Shown in pieces: positions 1 through 9,689 of a stretch of 64,000 nt of DNA; the stretch's first letter is position 1; every line of letters starts with the position of its first letter. Under the pieces are notes generated by a model. The model was not told the origin of the DNA. It saw only the letters and a program-made list of their open reading frames with translations, and made no database searches. Source of the DNA: Eubacteriales Family XIII. Incertae Sedis bacterium (GTDB lineage: Bacteria; Bacillota; Clostridia; Peptostreptococcales; Anaerovoracaceae); NCBI GenBank assembly GCA_012521055.1, contig JAAYNC010000062.1:14315-78314 (forward strand), given 5' to 3'. A program made the translations under genes and the position numbers.

Positions 1-109
1 TATATCCCTTTTCTTCCAAAGCATCGTATACGGTCCTCAAGATGGATTCCGTAGTCTGTTGTCCGTCTTTATCCGGGCTGTTAAACAGAATCGTACTTCT
101 GTCATCCAT
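1..109 (-). CDS. IreB-family regulatory phosphoprotein (UPF0297/YrzL-like); partial, the 3' end runs off the window
   Basis: Not in the ORF track. Reverse-strand ATG at 107-109 follows AGGAAGGTGA. Translation MDDRSTILFNSPDKDGQQTTESILRTVYDALEEKGY matches the conserved VY(E/D)ALEEKGY core of UPF0297 proteins, which normally neighbour alaS in Firmicutes. Confidence 0.7.
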   Translation of the reverse strand, partial: MDDRSTILFNSPDKDGQQTTESILRTVYDALEEKGY

Positions 110-228
110 GTTATCACCTTCCTACCAAATGCTCTCTGCCGTTGTCTACCGTCAACCTTATTATAACAAAGCCTTTTCGTGCTACAAGCTTTTTCAGGTT
201 ATTTAATATTGTTGTAATATACTTGTCC

Positions 229-2850
229 CTATATCAGCGTAGCTGCTACGGCAAAAGCATCTCCGACTTTGGACGGGTCCTTGGCTCCGGCCTGAGCCAT
301 ATCTGCTTTGCCCCCTCCGCCGCCTCCTGCGGCGGCGGCGATTTTCTTGACCATGCTGCCTGCATGATATCCCTTATCAAGCAGATCATCCGTTACAGAT
401 ACAATAAACGTCACTTTTTCGTTTTTCACGGAAGCAAACACAATGATAGCGGCCTTGACCTTTTCTTTAATTTTATCGCTGATTAAACGCAGTTCTTCCG
501 TTTCGTAGTCTGAGAATTCATTGGTGATCAGTTTGATGCCCTTGATCTCTTGAGCACCGGCAACCAGGTCATCGATGGAAGATCCCATGGCCTGCTGCTT
601 GTATTGCTCTAATTCTTTTTTGCTTTCTTTCAAAGCATCTGTCAAAGCAGCTATCCGGATTAAAAGATTTTCTGCCGGCGTTTTTAAGATCTCGGCAGCC
701 TTAGCAATGGTTTTCTCTGCCTCCGTCAAACGGTGATGGACAGCGGCGCCAGTAATAGCTTCAATACGCCTTACTCCTGCTGCCACCCCGCTTTCGGCAA
801 GAATTTTGAATGCGCCGATCTGCCCTGTATTACTCACATGGGTTCCCCCGCAGAACTCACTGCTGAAATCCCCTATGCTTACAACTCTTACCATGTCCCC
901 GTATTTTTCGCCAAACTGTGCAACAGCACCGGTCTTTTTCGCTTCTTCGATGTGCAGCTCTCTCGCCTGAACAGGGAGAAACTCTATAATCTTGTTGTTC
1001 ACAAGGTCCTCAATATCGGCAAGCATCTCTTTTGAAACAGCCTCAAAATGAGTGAAATCAAAGCGCAAACCCTCAGCCGACACGTATGAGCCGGCCTGTT
1101 CTACATGTTCTCCCAGAACTTTCTTCAAGGCTTTGTGGAGCAGATGGGTTGAAGTGTGATTCCTTGCCGCCCCATGTCGCTTTACTGCATCTACCTGAGC
1201 CATTACGATATCGCCTTTATGCAGCGTACCGGATAAAACTTCGATTTTATGAAGATACACATGGTGGTGCTTGTTCACATTGGTGACCTTTGCCTTGAAA
1301 TCTCCTTTTGATAGAACGCCTGTATCGGTAACCTGTCCGCCTCCTTCTGCGTAGAAAGGAGTGCGATCGAGCAGTACTAAAGCCGTTTCGCCCTTCCCTA
1401 CCCTATCTGTAAATTGGTTGCCGGAAATAATGGCCATAACTTCCGCATTTTCCTTCAATGTATCGTAGCCAATGAACACGGTGGGCTCATAATCTCCCAA
1501 GAAAACTGCGTCCTCTTTCCAGCCTTCCGAATCCAGAGATTTTCTCGCAGATCTTGCCATTTCTTTCTGCTGTTCCATAAGCTTTCTGAATCCTTCTTCA
1601 TCAGCTTCACATCCCTTTTCTTTGAGTATTTCCTGGGTCAATTCCAGCGGAAAACCGAAAGTATCATAAAGCTTGAAAACGATATCACCCGGAAGCACAT
1701 TGTCTCCCTTTTCCTTCAGCTTTTCGATCTCTTCTTCCAACAGAACGCTGCCTTGATCAATGGTGCGGTTGAACTTCTCTTCCTCAATGGCCAGAATGCG
1801 CTGGATGTATTCCTTTCGTTCTTCAAGCTCAGGATAGGCTTTGCCTGAAACTGCGATAACCCGCTCCGACAGCTCAGCTAAGAAACTGCCTTCTATGCCC
1901 AATAGCTTCCCGTGTCGTGCCGCACGGCGCAATAGGCGACGAAGCACATAACCCCTGCCCTCGTTGCTGGGCAAAATGCCGTCCCCCACCATAAAGGTAA
2001 TGGACCGTATATGATCGGTGATTATGCGGATGGATGCATCCGTAGGCGCTTCTCCACAGTTGTATGTCACACCGGACATCTCTACGGCACCCCCGAGAAT
2101 ATAGCGTATGGTATCCACATCGAAAATTGAGCTGACGTCTTGCATGACGCAAGCTAATCTTTCGAGACCCATACCCGTATCTATGTTCTTATTCTTTAAG
2201 GGCGTATAATTGCCATCGCTATCTTTGTTAAACTGGGTAAAAACGTGATTCCAGATCTCCACAAAGCGGTCGCAATCACAACCGGGCTTGCAATCAGGTT
2301 TGCCGCATCCGTAGGCTTCTCCCCTGTCGAAGTAAATTTCCGAACAGGGACCGCATGGGCCTATGCCGATTTCCCAGAAGTTATCTTCTTTGCCGAGGCG
2401 GACGATCTTGTGCTCGTCCAGGCCGATAACATCTTTCCATATTAAATAAGCCTCTTCGTCCTCCTCGTAAATGCTGGCCCAAAGCCTATCTTCCGGCATG
2501 TGCAACACTTCCGTAAGGAACTCCCAGCCCCATTTTATAGATTCTTCTTTAAAATAATCACCAAATGAGAAGCTGCCCAACATCTCAAAGAATGTAGCAT
2601 GCCTGTCTGTATAGCCTACGTGATCGATGTCACCTGTTCGGATGCACTTTTGACAGGTGGTCATTCTCTTTGCAGGTGGAGTTTCCGTACCGGCAAAATA
2701 CGGCTTCAAAGGAGCCATACCCGAATTTATGATCAACAGGCTCTTGTCGTTCTCCGGAATCAGTGAATAACTGCCTCTGTAATAATGGTCCTTTCCGATG
2801 TAGAAATCTCGGAACATTTCTCGTAGTTCATTTAGTCCTATCTTCTTCAT
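229..2850 (-). CDS. alaS: alanine--tRNA ligase
   Basis: The 882-aa ORF has class II AlaRS motifs (FEMLGSFSFGDYFK, editing-domain HTSTHLLH, C-terminal DHHA1 GGGGGK). The start is placed at the MKKIG ATG (2848-2850), 8 nt after GGAG, rather than at the upstream ATG. Confidence 0.97.
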   Translation of the reverse strand: MKKIGLNELREMFRDFYIGKDHYYRGSYSLIPENDKSLLIINSGMAPLKPYFAGTETPPAKRMTTCQKCIRTGDIDHVGYTDRHATFFEMLGSFSFGDYFKEESIKWGWEFLTEVLHMPEDRLWASIYEEDEEAYLIWKDVIGLDEHKIVRLGKEDNFWEIGIGPCGPCSEIYFDRGEAYGCGKPDCKPGCDCDRFVEIWNHVFTQFNKDSDGNYTPLKNKNIDTGMGLERLACVMQDVSSIFDVDTIRYILGGAVEMSGVTYNCGEAPTDASIRIITDHIRSITFMVGDGILPSNEGRGYVLRRLLRRAARHGKLLGIEGSFLAELSERVIAVSGKAYPELEERKEYIQRILAIEEEKFNRTIDQGSVLLEEEIEKLKEKGDNVLPGDIVFKLYDTFGFPLELTQEILKEKGCEADEEGFRKLMEQQKEMARSARKSLDSEGWKEDAVFLGDYEPTVFIGYDTLKENAEVMAIISGNQFTDRVGKGETALVLLDRTPFYAEGGGQVTDTGVLSKGDFKAKVTNVNKHHHVYLHKIEVLSGTLHKGDIVMAQVDAVKRHGAARNHTSTHLLHKALKKVLGEHVEQAGSYVSAEGLRFDFTHFEAVSKEMLADIEDLVNNKIIEFLPVQARELHIEEAKKTGAVAQFGEKYGDMVRVVSIGDFSSEFCGGTHVSNTGQIGAFKILAESGVAAGVRRIEAITGAAVHHRLTEAEKTIAKAAEILKTPAENLLIRIAALTDALKESKKELEQYKQQAMGSSIDDLVAGAQEIKGIKLITNEFSDYETEELRLISDKIKEKVKAAIIVFASVKNEKVTFIVSVTDDLLDKGYHAGSMVKKIAAAAGGGGGGKADMAQAGAKDPSKVGDAFAVAATLI

Positions 2851-2987
2851 ATAAATCTCCTCATAAAAAATGTTCATAACATTCTATCATATACATGCTA
2901 TATTGTGTAGATTCTTTGCCAAAAAAATGGTACGATAAACCTTGTCATGCAGTTAAATGAAACACGCATAAAGCAAAAGGTGGGATT

Positions 2988-3944
2988 ATGAGGAAGAATC
3001 TTCTAGGAAATACGGGTTTAATGGTTACGGAAGTCGGATTTGGAGTTCTCACCGTAGGAAACACTCAGCTGAATCTGCCTATTCCTGAGGGAGCTGCCCT
3101 GATTCGCTATGCACTGGAAAGAGGCATCAATTTTCTCGACACTGCACAGTATTATCAAACCTATCCATATATTCGCCAAGCTCTCAAAGGAACTGATTTC
3201 GACCCGGTTATTGTCTCCAAATGTCTTTATGGAGGTTATAAAGACATGGAGGAGGCCATCGAGGAGGCAAGAAAAGAGATGGACAGAGATGTGGTTGAAG
3301 TCTTTCTCCTCCACGAAGTGCGCGGTGAGAAGGACTGGGAACTGCGTGCAGGAGCTTGGGAATGTCTGCAAGATGCCAAAGCAAAGGGGATTGTCAAGGC
3401 TGTGGGAATCTCTACCCATCATGTGGATGTAACACGCCTTGCGGCAGGAATACCGTCCATAGACGTGGTCTTTCCTCTAATCAATTTTAAAGGCCTTGGG
3501 ATCAGAAACGGCGAAAACCCCGGCACTAAGGAAGATATGGCTGAAGCCATCAAGGACGCAGCAGATGCGGGAAAAGGAGTCTTCGCCATGAAGGTTTTCG
3601 GCGGCGGCATCTTATTGAAAGACTACCGTCAAGCCGTTGAGTACGTAAAGAATCTACCAGGTATTTCATCCCTCATGATAGGTTTCGGTCATCCCGACGA
3701 AGTGGACAGGATAATTGAAATGATGGAAGGCACCCTCTCTTACGACTATGTGCCTGATATGAGCAACAAACGGATTTTCATAGATCAGGGAGATTGTGAA
3801 GGCTGCGAAGCATGCCTGCGCCGTTGCCCAAATCATGCCATCTATATGAATGAAACAGGCCAGGCAAACGTAAATTATGATATTTGCCTGACCTGCGGTT
3901 ATTGTGCTCCGGTTTGCCCGGTACGCGCTATTATAATGCTCTAA
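2988..3944 (+). CDS. aldo/keto reductase fused to a C-terminal 2x[4Fe-4S] ferredoxin domain
   Basis: AKR-like N-terminus (GNTGLMVTEVGFG, INFLDTAQYY). The C-terminus carries two CxxCxxCxxxCP motifs (CEGCEACLRRCP, CLTCGYCAPVCP). Confidence 0.8.
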   Translation: MRKNLLGNTGLMVTEVGFGVLTVGNTQLNLPIPEGAALIRYALERGINFLDTAQYYQTYPYIRQALKGTDFDPVIVSKCLYGGYKDMEEAIEEARKEMDRDVVEVFLLHEVRGEKDWELRAGAWECLQDAKAKGIVKAVGISTHHVDVTRLAAGIPSIDVVFPLINFKGLGIRNGENPGTKEDMAEAIKDAADAGKGVFAMKVFGGGILLKDYRQAVEYVKNLPGISSLMIGFGHPDEVDRIIEMMEGTLSYDYVPDMSNKRIFIDQGDCEGCEACLRRCPNHAIYMNETGQANVNYDICLTCGYCAPVCPVRAIIML

Positions 3945-3959
3945 CCGATGTAAAAATTA

Positions 3960-4433
3960 TTAAAGATCCTCTTCCTCCTCTTCTTCCTCATCGTCGTGCT
4001 CGAATTCGGAGTCAGGATCAAAACCCTTCAAGCCTTCCAGCTCAAGGCCATGCTCTTTAGCATATACATAAATGGCGTTTTTAATAGCCTGTTCAGCAAG
4101 AACTGAACAATGTATTTTGGGTCCCGGAAGTCCGCCGAGCTCGTCTACGAAGTTCTGATTGGTCAGCTTCAATGCTTCTTCTAAGGTCTTACCCTTGATC
4201 ATTTCCGTAGCTACGCTGGAGGAAGCGATTGCAGAGCCGCAGCCAAAAGTTCTGAACTTGGCATCGACAATCACATCATTTTCTACCTTTAGAGAAATTT
4301 CCATCATATCTCCGCAAACGGGGCTGCCGTAAGTGCCTACAGCGTCGGCATCCTCGATGACTCCAACATTTTTAGGGTTCGTGAAATGTTCCATGACTTT
4401 TTCATTGTACATACCCATTTTTTTATTGCTCAT
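3960..4433 (-). CDS. nifU: NifU/IscU-type Fe-S cluster scaffold protein with a poly-acidic tail
   Basis: Scaffold cysteine motifs are present (GSPVCGDMM, FGCGSAIASSS, KIHCSVLA). It lies directly downstream of the cysteine desulfurase gene. Confidence 0.9.
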   Translation of the reverse strand: MSNKKMGMYNEKVMEHFTNPKNVGVIEDADAVGTYGSPVCGDMMEISLKVENDVIVDAKFRTFGCGSAIASSSVATEMIKGKTLEEALKLTNQNFVDELGGLPGPKIHCSVLAEQAIKNAIYVYAKEHGLELEGLKGFDPDSEFEHDDEEEEEEEDL

Positions 4434-4464
4434 CTTTATATCTCCTTCCCGCTTAATTGTTCAA

Positions 4465-5685
4465 TTAAGCCTGACAATTGCATTTTTGCGATGTCTCCAT
4501 GACATGATCTTTATCGAAAGGTGAGAAAGATCTCAGTTTTTCTACGATTTCCGTAATTTCTTTTACCGCATAATCGATGTCTTCCTTAGTGGTAAAGTCA
4601 CCTATGGTGAAACGTATGGAGCTGTAGGCTTTTTCTATCGGTACTCCCATAGCTTGTAATACATGGGACGGGGTAAAGCTCGCAGAGGAACAAGCGGATC
4701 CGGTTGACGCGTAAATCCCCCGGAGATCCATGTAAAGCAACATAGCCTCTCCCTCTATATAATTGAAGACCAGGTTCAGGTTGCCGGGAAGGCGATGTTC
4801 CATGCTTCCGTTAATCCCCACATCCGGGATATTGCCCATGATCTCGGAAAGGAAATAATCCCGCAACTCTGTAATCTTTTTGATGTGGGATTCGAGACTT
4901 TTCTCAGCCAATTCACAAGCCTTGCCGAAGCCCACTATGCCCGGCAGGTTTTCTGTACCGGATCGTTTCTTATACTCCTGGGCTCCACCGTGGAGTAGAT
5001 TTGTAATCACAAGACCTCTCCTGATGTAAAGGGCCCCCACCCCTTTAGGGCCGTAAATTTTATGGGCAGATATGGACAACATGTCCACACCCAGATCCTT
5101 CACGTCGATAGGGATGTTCCCCAACGCTTGTACCGCATCCGTATGGACCAGAATGCCATGCTCTTTGGCGATAGCAGCGATTTCTTTTATGGGCTGGATC
5201 GTTCCGACTTCATTATTTGCTATCATAATGCTTATCAATATGGTTTTGTCGGTAATGGCATTTTTCAATTGCTCCAGTGAAATCAAGCCATCCTTGTCTA
5301 CATCCAGGTAGGTTACCTCGTAACCCTCTTCCTCCAGAAATTCGCATGTGTGCAGGAGAGCATGATGCTCGATTTTCGAAGTTATGATATGATTCCCCTT
5401 CGATTTTCGAGATTTTGCGGCCCCGATGACCGCCCAGTTATCTGCCTCCGTACCACCGGAAGTGAAAAATATCTCTCTTTCCTTGGCTCCGATTAAGCTT
5501 GCTACTCTTGATCTTGCCTGCATTAAAGCCTCTTTTGCCTCAAAGCCTTTTGTATATAGACTGGAGGGATTTCCATACATTTCAGTGAAATATGGCAGCA
5601 TTTCTTCCAAAACCTCTTGTTTGACCGGCGTGGTAGCTGCATAATCCAGATATACTTCTCTCAAATTACAACCTCCTTGTTGCAT
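4465..5685 (-). CDS. nifS: cysteine desulfurase (NifS type)
   Basis: PLP-enzyme motifs are present (SGGTEADN, SISAHKIYGPKGVGALY, active-site GSACSS). It is paired with nifU. Confidence 0.92.
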   Translation of the reverse strand: MQQGGCNLREVYLDYAATTPVKQEVLEEMLPYFTEMYGNPSSLYTKGFEAKEALMQARSRVASLIGAKEREIFFTSGGTEADNWAVIGAAKSRKSKGNHIITSKIEHHALLHTCEFLEEEGYEVTYLDVDKDGLISLEQLKNAITDKTILISIMIANNEVGTIQPIKEIAAIAKEHGILVHTDAVQALGNIPIDVKDLGVDMLSISAHKIYGPKGVGALYIRRGLVITNLLHGGAQEYKKRSGTENLPGIVGFGKACELAEKSLESHIKKITELRDYFLSEIMGNIPDVGINGSMEHRLPGNLNLVFNYIEGEAMLLYMDLRGIYASTGSACSSASFTPSHVLQAMGVPIEKAYSSIRFTIGDFTTKEDIDYAVKEITEIVEKLRSFSPFDKDHVMETSQKCNCQA

Positions 5686-5831
5686 CGTAACGTTGATTTA
5701 TACGTGTTATGCCAAATTATTATACCATTCTTTTGCGAAAGATAAACCAAAATGTTACTCTTTGGATAAAAAAAGATATGTGCCTGTATTATGTATACCA
5801 CGTGTATTATGAATGATTTGAGACTTTATGT

Positions 5832-6284
5832 TTAAGGATTAATAGCATTAAGCTCGGAAAGTTTGTAACCGGATCCGGTTCTTTTTAGAACTATATTGTA
5901 ATCGACGGATTGAATATAATCGCCTTCCGGACCCTTCATATGCCAGAGAATTTCGCTCCTATATGACTTGTATCCGTAAAGACCCGAAATCTGCTCCAAC
6001 ACCAAAATCTGCATGGATTTAACCGGATCCATATCCGTATCGACAAAGTCGCGAAGGCTTTTTATATCCGAAGCAAGCAGAGGTTGGGTCTCTATCTCAT
6101 AGAGAAGCTTCTCTCCCCTTTCAGCATCGATTTCGTGAAAATATACTTTATGAAAAATCTCAGTTCGCTCCTTCAGCAGCTCTTCCACCAGTATAGCGTC
6201 TGAAGTCCCGGAAAATCCGGAGAAGAATGTGAAAAAGATAACCAACATAAAAGGTATTAAAAATACATTTAGATAATACTTCAT
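5832..6284 (-). CDS. hypothetical membrane-anchored protein
   Basis: ORF with one N-terminal hydrophobic segment. The start is placed at the MKYYLN ATG (6282-6284), 7 nt after AAGGAG. No recognisable motif. Confidence 0.5.
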   Translation of the reverse strand: MKYYLNVFLIPFMLVIFFTFFSGFSGTSDAILVEELLKERTEIFHKVYFHEIDAERGEKLLYEIETQPLLASDIKSLRDFVDTDMDPVKSMQILVLEQISGLYGYKSYRSEILWHMKGPEGDYIQSVDYNIVLKRTGSGYKLSELNAINP

Positions 6285-6334
6285 AGCGTCGCTCCTTATT
6301 ATTTTGGACAAGACTCATTTTCCTGCTCATTATA

Positions 6335-6371
6335 ATAAAAAAACAGCGGAAAATTTGTTGCTTCCCGCTGT
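6335..6371 (-). terminator. Rho-independent terminator after spo0A
   Basis: On the minus strand, ACAGCGG-15 nt-CCGCTGT is followed by TTTTTTTA. It starts 49 nt after the spo0A stop. Confidence 0.8.
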
Positions 6372-6419
6372 CAAATATATTCTATAATCTCCGAATAAGT
6401 CCTATATTTCAACCTGTTC

Positions 6420-7220
6420 CTAACTTGCTTTCCTTTCCAGTCGGAGTTTGTCGGCGATAATTGCGATGAATTCACTGTTTGTGGGTTTACCCTTGTCGTT
6501 GTGCACCGTGTAGCCGAATAGGCTGTTGATGGTTTCAATCCTGCCGCGATTCCATGCAACCTCAATGGCATGGCGGATAGCTCTCTCTACACGGCTGGGA
6601 GTAGTATTGTTTCTTTTCGCAATGGCCGGATACAGCTCTTTAGTAACAGCTCCCAACAGATCCATGTCGTCTACCACCATGGTGATGGCATCACGCAGAT
6701 ATTGATAACCCTTAATATGGGCCGGAACTCCCACTTCGTGTATAATGTTAGTTATGTCCATCTCCAGGTCGTTCTTCTTTCCTTCTTCCTCTTTTAGCAC
6801 GGATTTAATCACATTGCTTTTGTTTATGGGCGCGTTTTCTTCGCCTGAGCCAGTCAATTGCTGAATGCGTTTTGCCAAAATGCCCAGGTCAAAGGGTTTA
6901 ACCACATAATATTCGGCGCCCAGATTGATGGCTCTTTGGGTGATGCTCTCCTGCCCCACCGCCGACAGCATTATTACCCTGGGCATGGGGTCGAGCTCCA
7001 CTGAGTTCAACCGTTCAAGGACCCCAAGACCATCCAGATAGGGCATAATCATGTCTAAAAGCAATACGTCAGGTTTGTTTTTAAGCACAGAATCAACGGT
7101 CTGCATTCCATCGTTTGCCTTGAATACCACCTCAATATCTTGTTGTTTTTCTAAGAAGTCAGCGAGGATATTGCAAAAGTCCTTGTTGTCGTCGGCGATT
7201 CCAACTCTAACTTTGCTCAT
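6420..7220 (-). CDS. spo0A: sporulation master response regulator Spo0A
   Basis: Receiver domain plus the signature Spo0A C-terminal domain ([32 protein letters not shown]). The start at the MSKVRVG ATG follows GGAGGAAG. Confidence 0.96.
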   Translation of the reverse strand: MSKVRVGIADDNKDFCNILADFLEKQQDIEVVFKANDGMQTVDSVLKNKPDVLLLDMIMPYLDGLGVLERLNSVELDPMPRVIMLSAVGQESITQRAINLGAEYYVVKPFDLGILAKRIQQLTGSGEENAPINKSNVIKSVLKEEEGKKNDLEMDITNIIHEVGVPAHIKGYQYLRDAITMVVDDMDLLGAVTKELYPAIAKRNNTTPSRVERAIRHAIEVAWNRGRIETINSLFGYTVHNDKGKPTNSEFIAIIADKLRLERKAS

Positions 7221-7270
7221 GAAACTTCCTCCTTCTATGACGGGAGCATACATTTTTTTATAAGATATTA

Positions 7271-7303
7271 CAATTCCCGCTTAATATTTATAAATTTTCC
7301 TTT
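7271..7303 (-). promoter_or_regulatory. candidate sigma-H type promoter of spo0A
   Basis: The minus strand reads AAAGGAAAA-15 nt-CGGGAATTG. This resembles the sigma-H consensus (RWAGGAWWT / RNNGAATWW) and lies about 50 nt upstream of the spo0A ATG. Confidence 0.45.
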
Positions 7304-7366
7304 CAATAATAGTATTAAAATTCTTACATTTTTGCAAGCTAAATATTTTGCAAATTTTCTGTCTTC

Positions 7367-8506
7367 TTAGCTAATATTCGACAATTGGTCGGTCTGTTGC
7401 AACATCCATTCGATAAAAATGCCGTACCCTTTCAAAGGGTCATTGACGAAAACATGGGTTATTGCCCCGATTATTTTGTCATTTTGTATGATGGGGCTTC
7501 CGCTCATGCCCTGCACTATACCACCGGTCTTCTTTAAGAGTCTTGGATCCGTTACGGTTATGACCATGCTCTTAGTTCCCGGTTTCGTTTGATGATTGAC
7601 TTTGTCAATACGGATTTCATATCGTTCCATCTTGTTTCCGTCTACGGTGGCAAGTATCCAGGCAGGCCCCTCTTCCACCTGATTCTGATAACCTATGGGC
7701 AATGGTTCCGGATAATAGGGATTTGTGAATTCTTTATAAAAGGAACCGAAAATACCGTACTCCGTATTGAGATTCAGATCCCCCAGGGGCTCATCCGCTT
7801 CATAAAAAATGCCGCGTATTTCCCCGGGGATTCCTGCAGTCCCTTGCTTAACGGATTCCACGCTGGCGCTCAGCAGTTCTCCTCTCTCTACCGGAAGAAT
7901 ATGTCCGGTGTCGGGATCTGTTATCGCATGACCTAAAGCGCCGAAGGATTTCGTATAAGGATCATAAAATGTCAAGGTGCCTAGACCCGCCGTCTTATCC
8001 CTTACCCAGACGCCAATCTTGTATAAGCCGTCGTCCGCAGCTTGCACGGGGCTGATCCTGATGTTTAGTATATCCCCCTGCCTGCGGACCTTAAGTCTCA
8101 CCTGGCCTTTTTGCTTATTGACAACGGTTTTAACCTCTTCCGGACTGTCCACCGATTCGTTGTTGATGGCCAGTATGCTGTCTCCTATCTCAAGACCAGC
8201 TTCCAGGCCGGGATTGACCTTATAGCCGTCCACGGTTTGAATCTCTTCCAGGCCTACTACAAGCACCCCTTTTACATCCATTCTTACTCCGACGGATTGG
8301 CCTCCCGGAATCACTTTAGTTTCGGGGAGAACTTTTATCGTTACTTCCTTTAGAGGAAGGTTAATAATCTTAGTTTCATCGGCAAAGATCTTTATCTGGT
8401 CAGGAATGCTGTTGAAAAGCAGCCCTGTACCTGTAAAGAGAATTAACGAAACAATTAGCAGAAGAACCGAGAATAATCTAAGCCTTGTAAGGTTTCTTTC
8501 CGTCAT
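7367..8506 (-). CDS. spoIVB: SpoIVB signalling serine peptidase (S55, PDZ domain)
   Basis: N-terminal TM segment, PDZ region, and S55 motifs GTLTFYDPxxxxFGALGH and GMSGSPIIQNDKIIGAITHVF. Confidence 0.92.
   Translation of the reverse strand: MTERNLTRLRLFSVLLLIVSLILFTGTGLLFNSIPDQIKIFADETKIINLPLKEVTIKVLPETKVIPGGQSVGVRMDVKGVLVVGLEEIQTVDGYKVNPGLEAGLEIGDSILAINNESVDSPEEVKTVVNKQKGQVRLKVRRQGDILNIRISPVQAADDGLYKIGVWVRDKTAGLGTLTFYDPYTKSFGALGHAITDPDTGHILPVERGELLSASVESVKQGTAGIPGEIRGIFYEADEPLGDLNLNTEYGIFGSFYKEFTNPYYPEPLPIGYQNQVEEGPAWILATVDGNKMERYEIRIDKVNHQTKPGTKSMVITVTDPRLLKKTGGIVQGMSGSPIIQNDKIIGAITHVFVNDPLKGYGIFIEWMLQQTDQLSNIS
7377..7383 (-). promoter_or_regulatory. candidate Spo0A box (TGTCGAA) upstream of spo0A
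   Basis: Exact 0A-box heptamer on the minus strand, about 160 nt upstream of the spo0A start, inside the 3' end of spoIVB. A single 7-mer could occur by chance. Confidence 0.3.
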
Positions 8507-8509
8507 ACC

Positions 8510-8947
8510 TTAGCTCCCAAAGTCCTGAAGAAGCTCATCCAACTCTTCTTCCGTTTCTAATATAATTCCTTCGGAAAACATGGCCTGATCCCTCTCGCTA
8601 AGCAACGAGAAAGCTATATCTGCAGTCTTTACAAAGACCGGCTCCCCTGCCCCTTCATAATAGTAAATCTCGATTGTTCCGTTAATTTCTTTTATCAGAT
8701 AAAAAGTATCCGGTTCAGATGTGCCGGAATCGGGCGCCGTAGGATCAGCATCTTCCGGGTCCTGGCGAATTCCGTTTGTCCTGTTGGTCTCGGTATTTAT
8801 ACTTTGGTTGACTTCAGTGCCTTCAGGCAATTCTTGGTCTGGAGAGAAACTATCTCTCTGGCTGAACCAGTAACCCACTCCTAATAACGCAATGACCGTT
8901 ATAATAAACCATCGTCGTTTCCAAAAACTCTTTCGCTCGCTAAACAT
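8510..8947 (-). CDS. membrane-anchored protein with a BofC-C-terminal-like domain (tentative)
   Basis: N-terminal TM segment, an acidic/polar linker, then an approximately 65-aa C-terminal module (YLIKEINGTIEIYY...LSERDQAMFSEGIILETEEELDELLQDF). The stop lies 3 nt before the spoIVB ATG. Confidence 0.45.
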   Translation of the reverse strand: MFSERKSFWKRRWFIITVIALLGVGYWFSQRDSFSPDQELPEGTEVNQSINTETNRTNGIRQDPEDADPTAPDSGTSEPDTFYLIKEINGTIEIYYYEGAGEPVFVKTADIAFSLLSERDQAMFSEGIILETEEELDELLQDFGS

Positions 8948-8987
8948 TGCCTCACCTCAAATTTAGTGTGGGCAATATATGGTGTTT

Positions 8988-9662
8988 TTATTCCGCAGTG
9001 ATTGAATTTTTCAGCTTTGCGAAGGTTTTTTCTCCGATGCCGCTAACGTTCATGAGATCTTCTATATTTTTAAATTTTCCATATTCGTTCCTGTAAGCAA
9101 TTATCTTAGCAGCCGTTGACGGCCCCACGCCCGTAAGCTTTTGAAGTTCTTCGGATCCGGCTGTATTGATATTAATCAGTTGACTTTTTTCGTCGGAAGC
9201 GGAATTAGCCTGTAATGCAACATTACCATTTACATACCGGCTTCCAGGAGTTTCCCCTGTTCTTTTTTGTTCTTCGGCCACATCTTTTTTACTTGGGATA
9301 TAGAGCTTCATCCCGTCTGCTAAAGGTGCCGCAAGGTTGGTGTTTCTCGTATCCGCGTTTTCCGTTAACCCGCCTGCCGCCTCTACCGCTTCGTATACTC
9401 TGGCACCGTCGGGAAGTTTGCAGATGGAGGGCTTCTTCACTTCCCCGGATACATCGACGATTATAAATCTCTCTTCCACAGGCAATACATCAGATTCCGG
9501 TTCCTCAGCAACTTCTTGAGTTACATTTTCATCCTCCGGCGATTCAAGTATAATTACATCTTCTCCCCCTTGCCGGGCGGTATGGATTATAAATGTAATT
9601 GAAATTAAAAGAACGCCGGCTATAACCTTGTAAAGAAGCTTCCGGCTAATCATGAACTTCAA
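8988..9662 (-). CDS. comEA: competence protein ComEA (SLBB plus helix-hairpin-helix DNA-binding)
   Basis: N-terminal TM segment and a C-terminal tandem HhH (ININTAGSEELQKLTGVGPSTAAKII...VSGIGEKTFAKL). Confidence 0.85.
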   Translation of the reverse strand: MKFMISRKLLYKVIAGVLLISITFIIHTARQGGEDVIILESPEDENVTQEVAEEPESDVLPVEERFIIVDVSGEVKKPSICKLPDGARVYEAVEAAGGLTENADTRNTNLAAPLADGMKLYIPSKKDVAEEQKRTGETPGSRYVNGNVALQANSASDEKSQLININTAGSEELQKLTGVGPSTAAKIIAYRNEYGKFKNIEDLMNVSGIGEKTFAKLKNSITAE

Positions 9663-9689
9663 AGGTTCACCCCCTCTTCTGTAATTTTA

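Noticed and set aside
2851-2987. T-box leader upstream of alaS
   Set aside because: Only ~137 nt are available, and they are shared with the divergent AKR gene. No specifier-loop, T-box (UGGUACCGCG-like) or terminator/antiterminator pair is visible.
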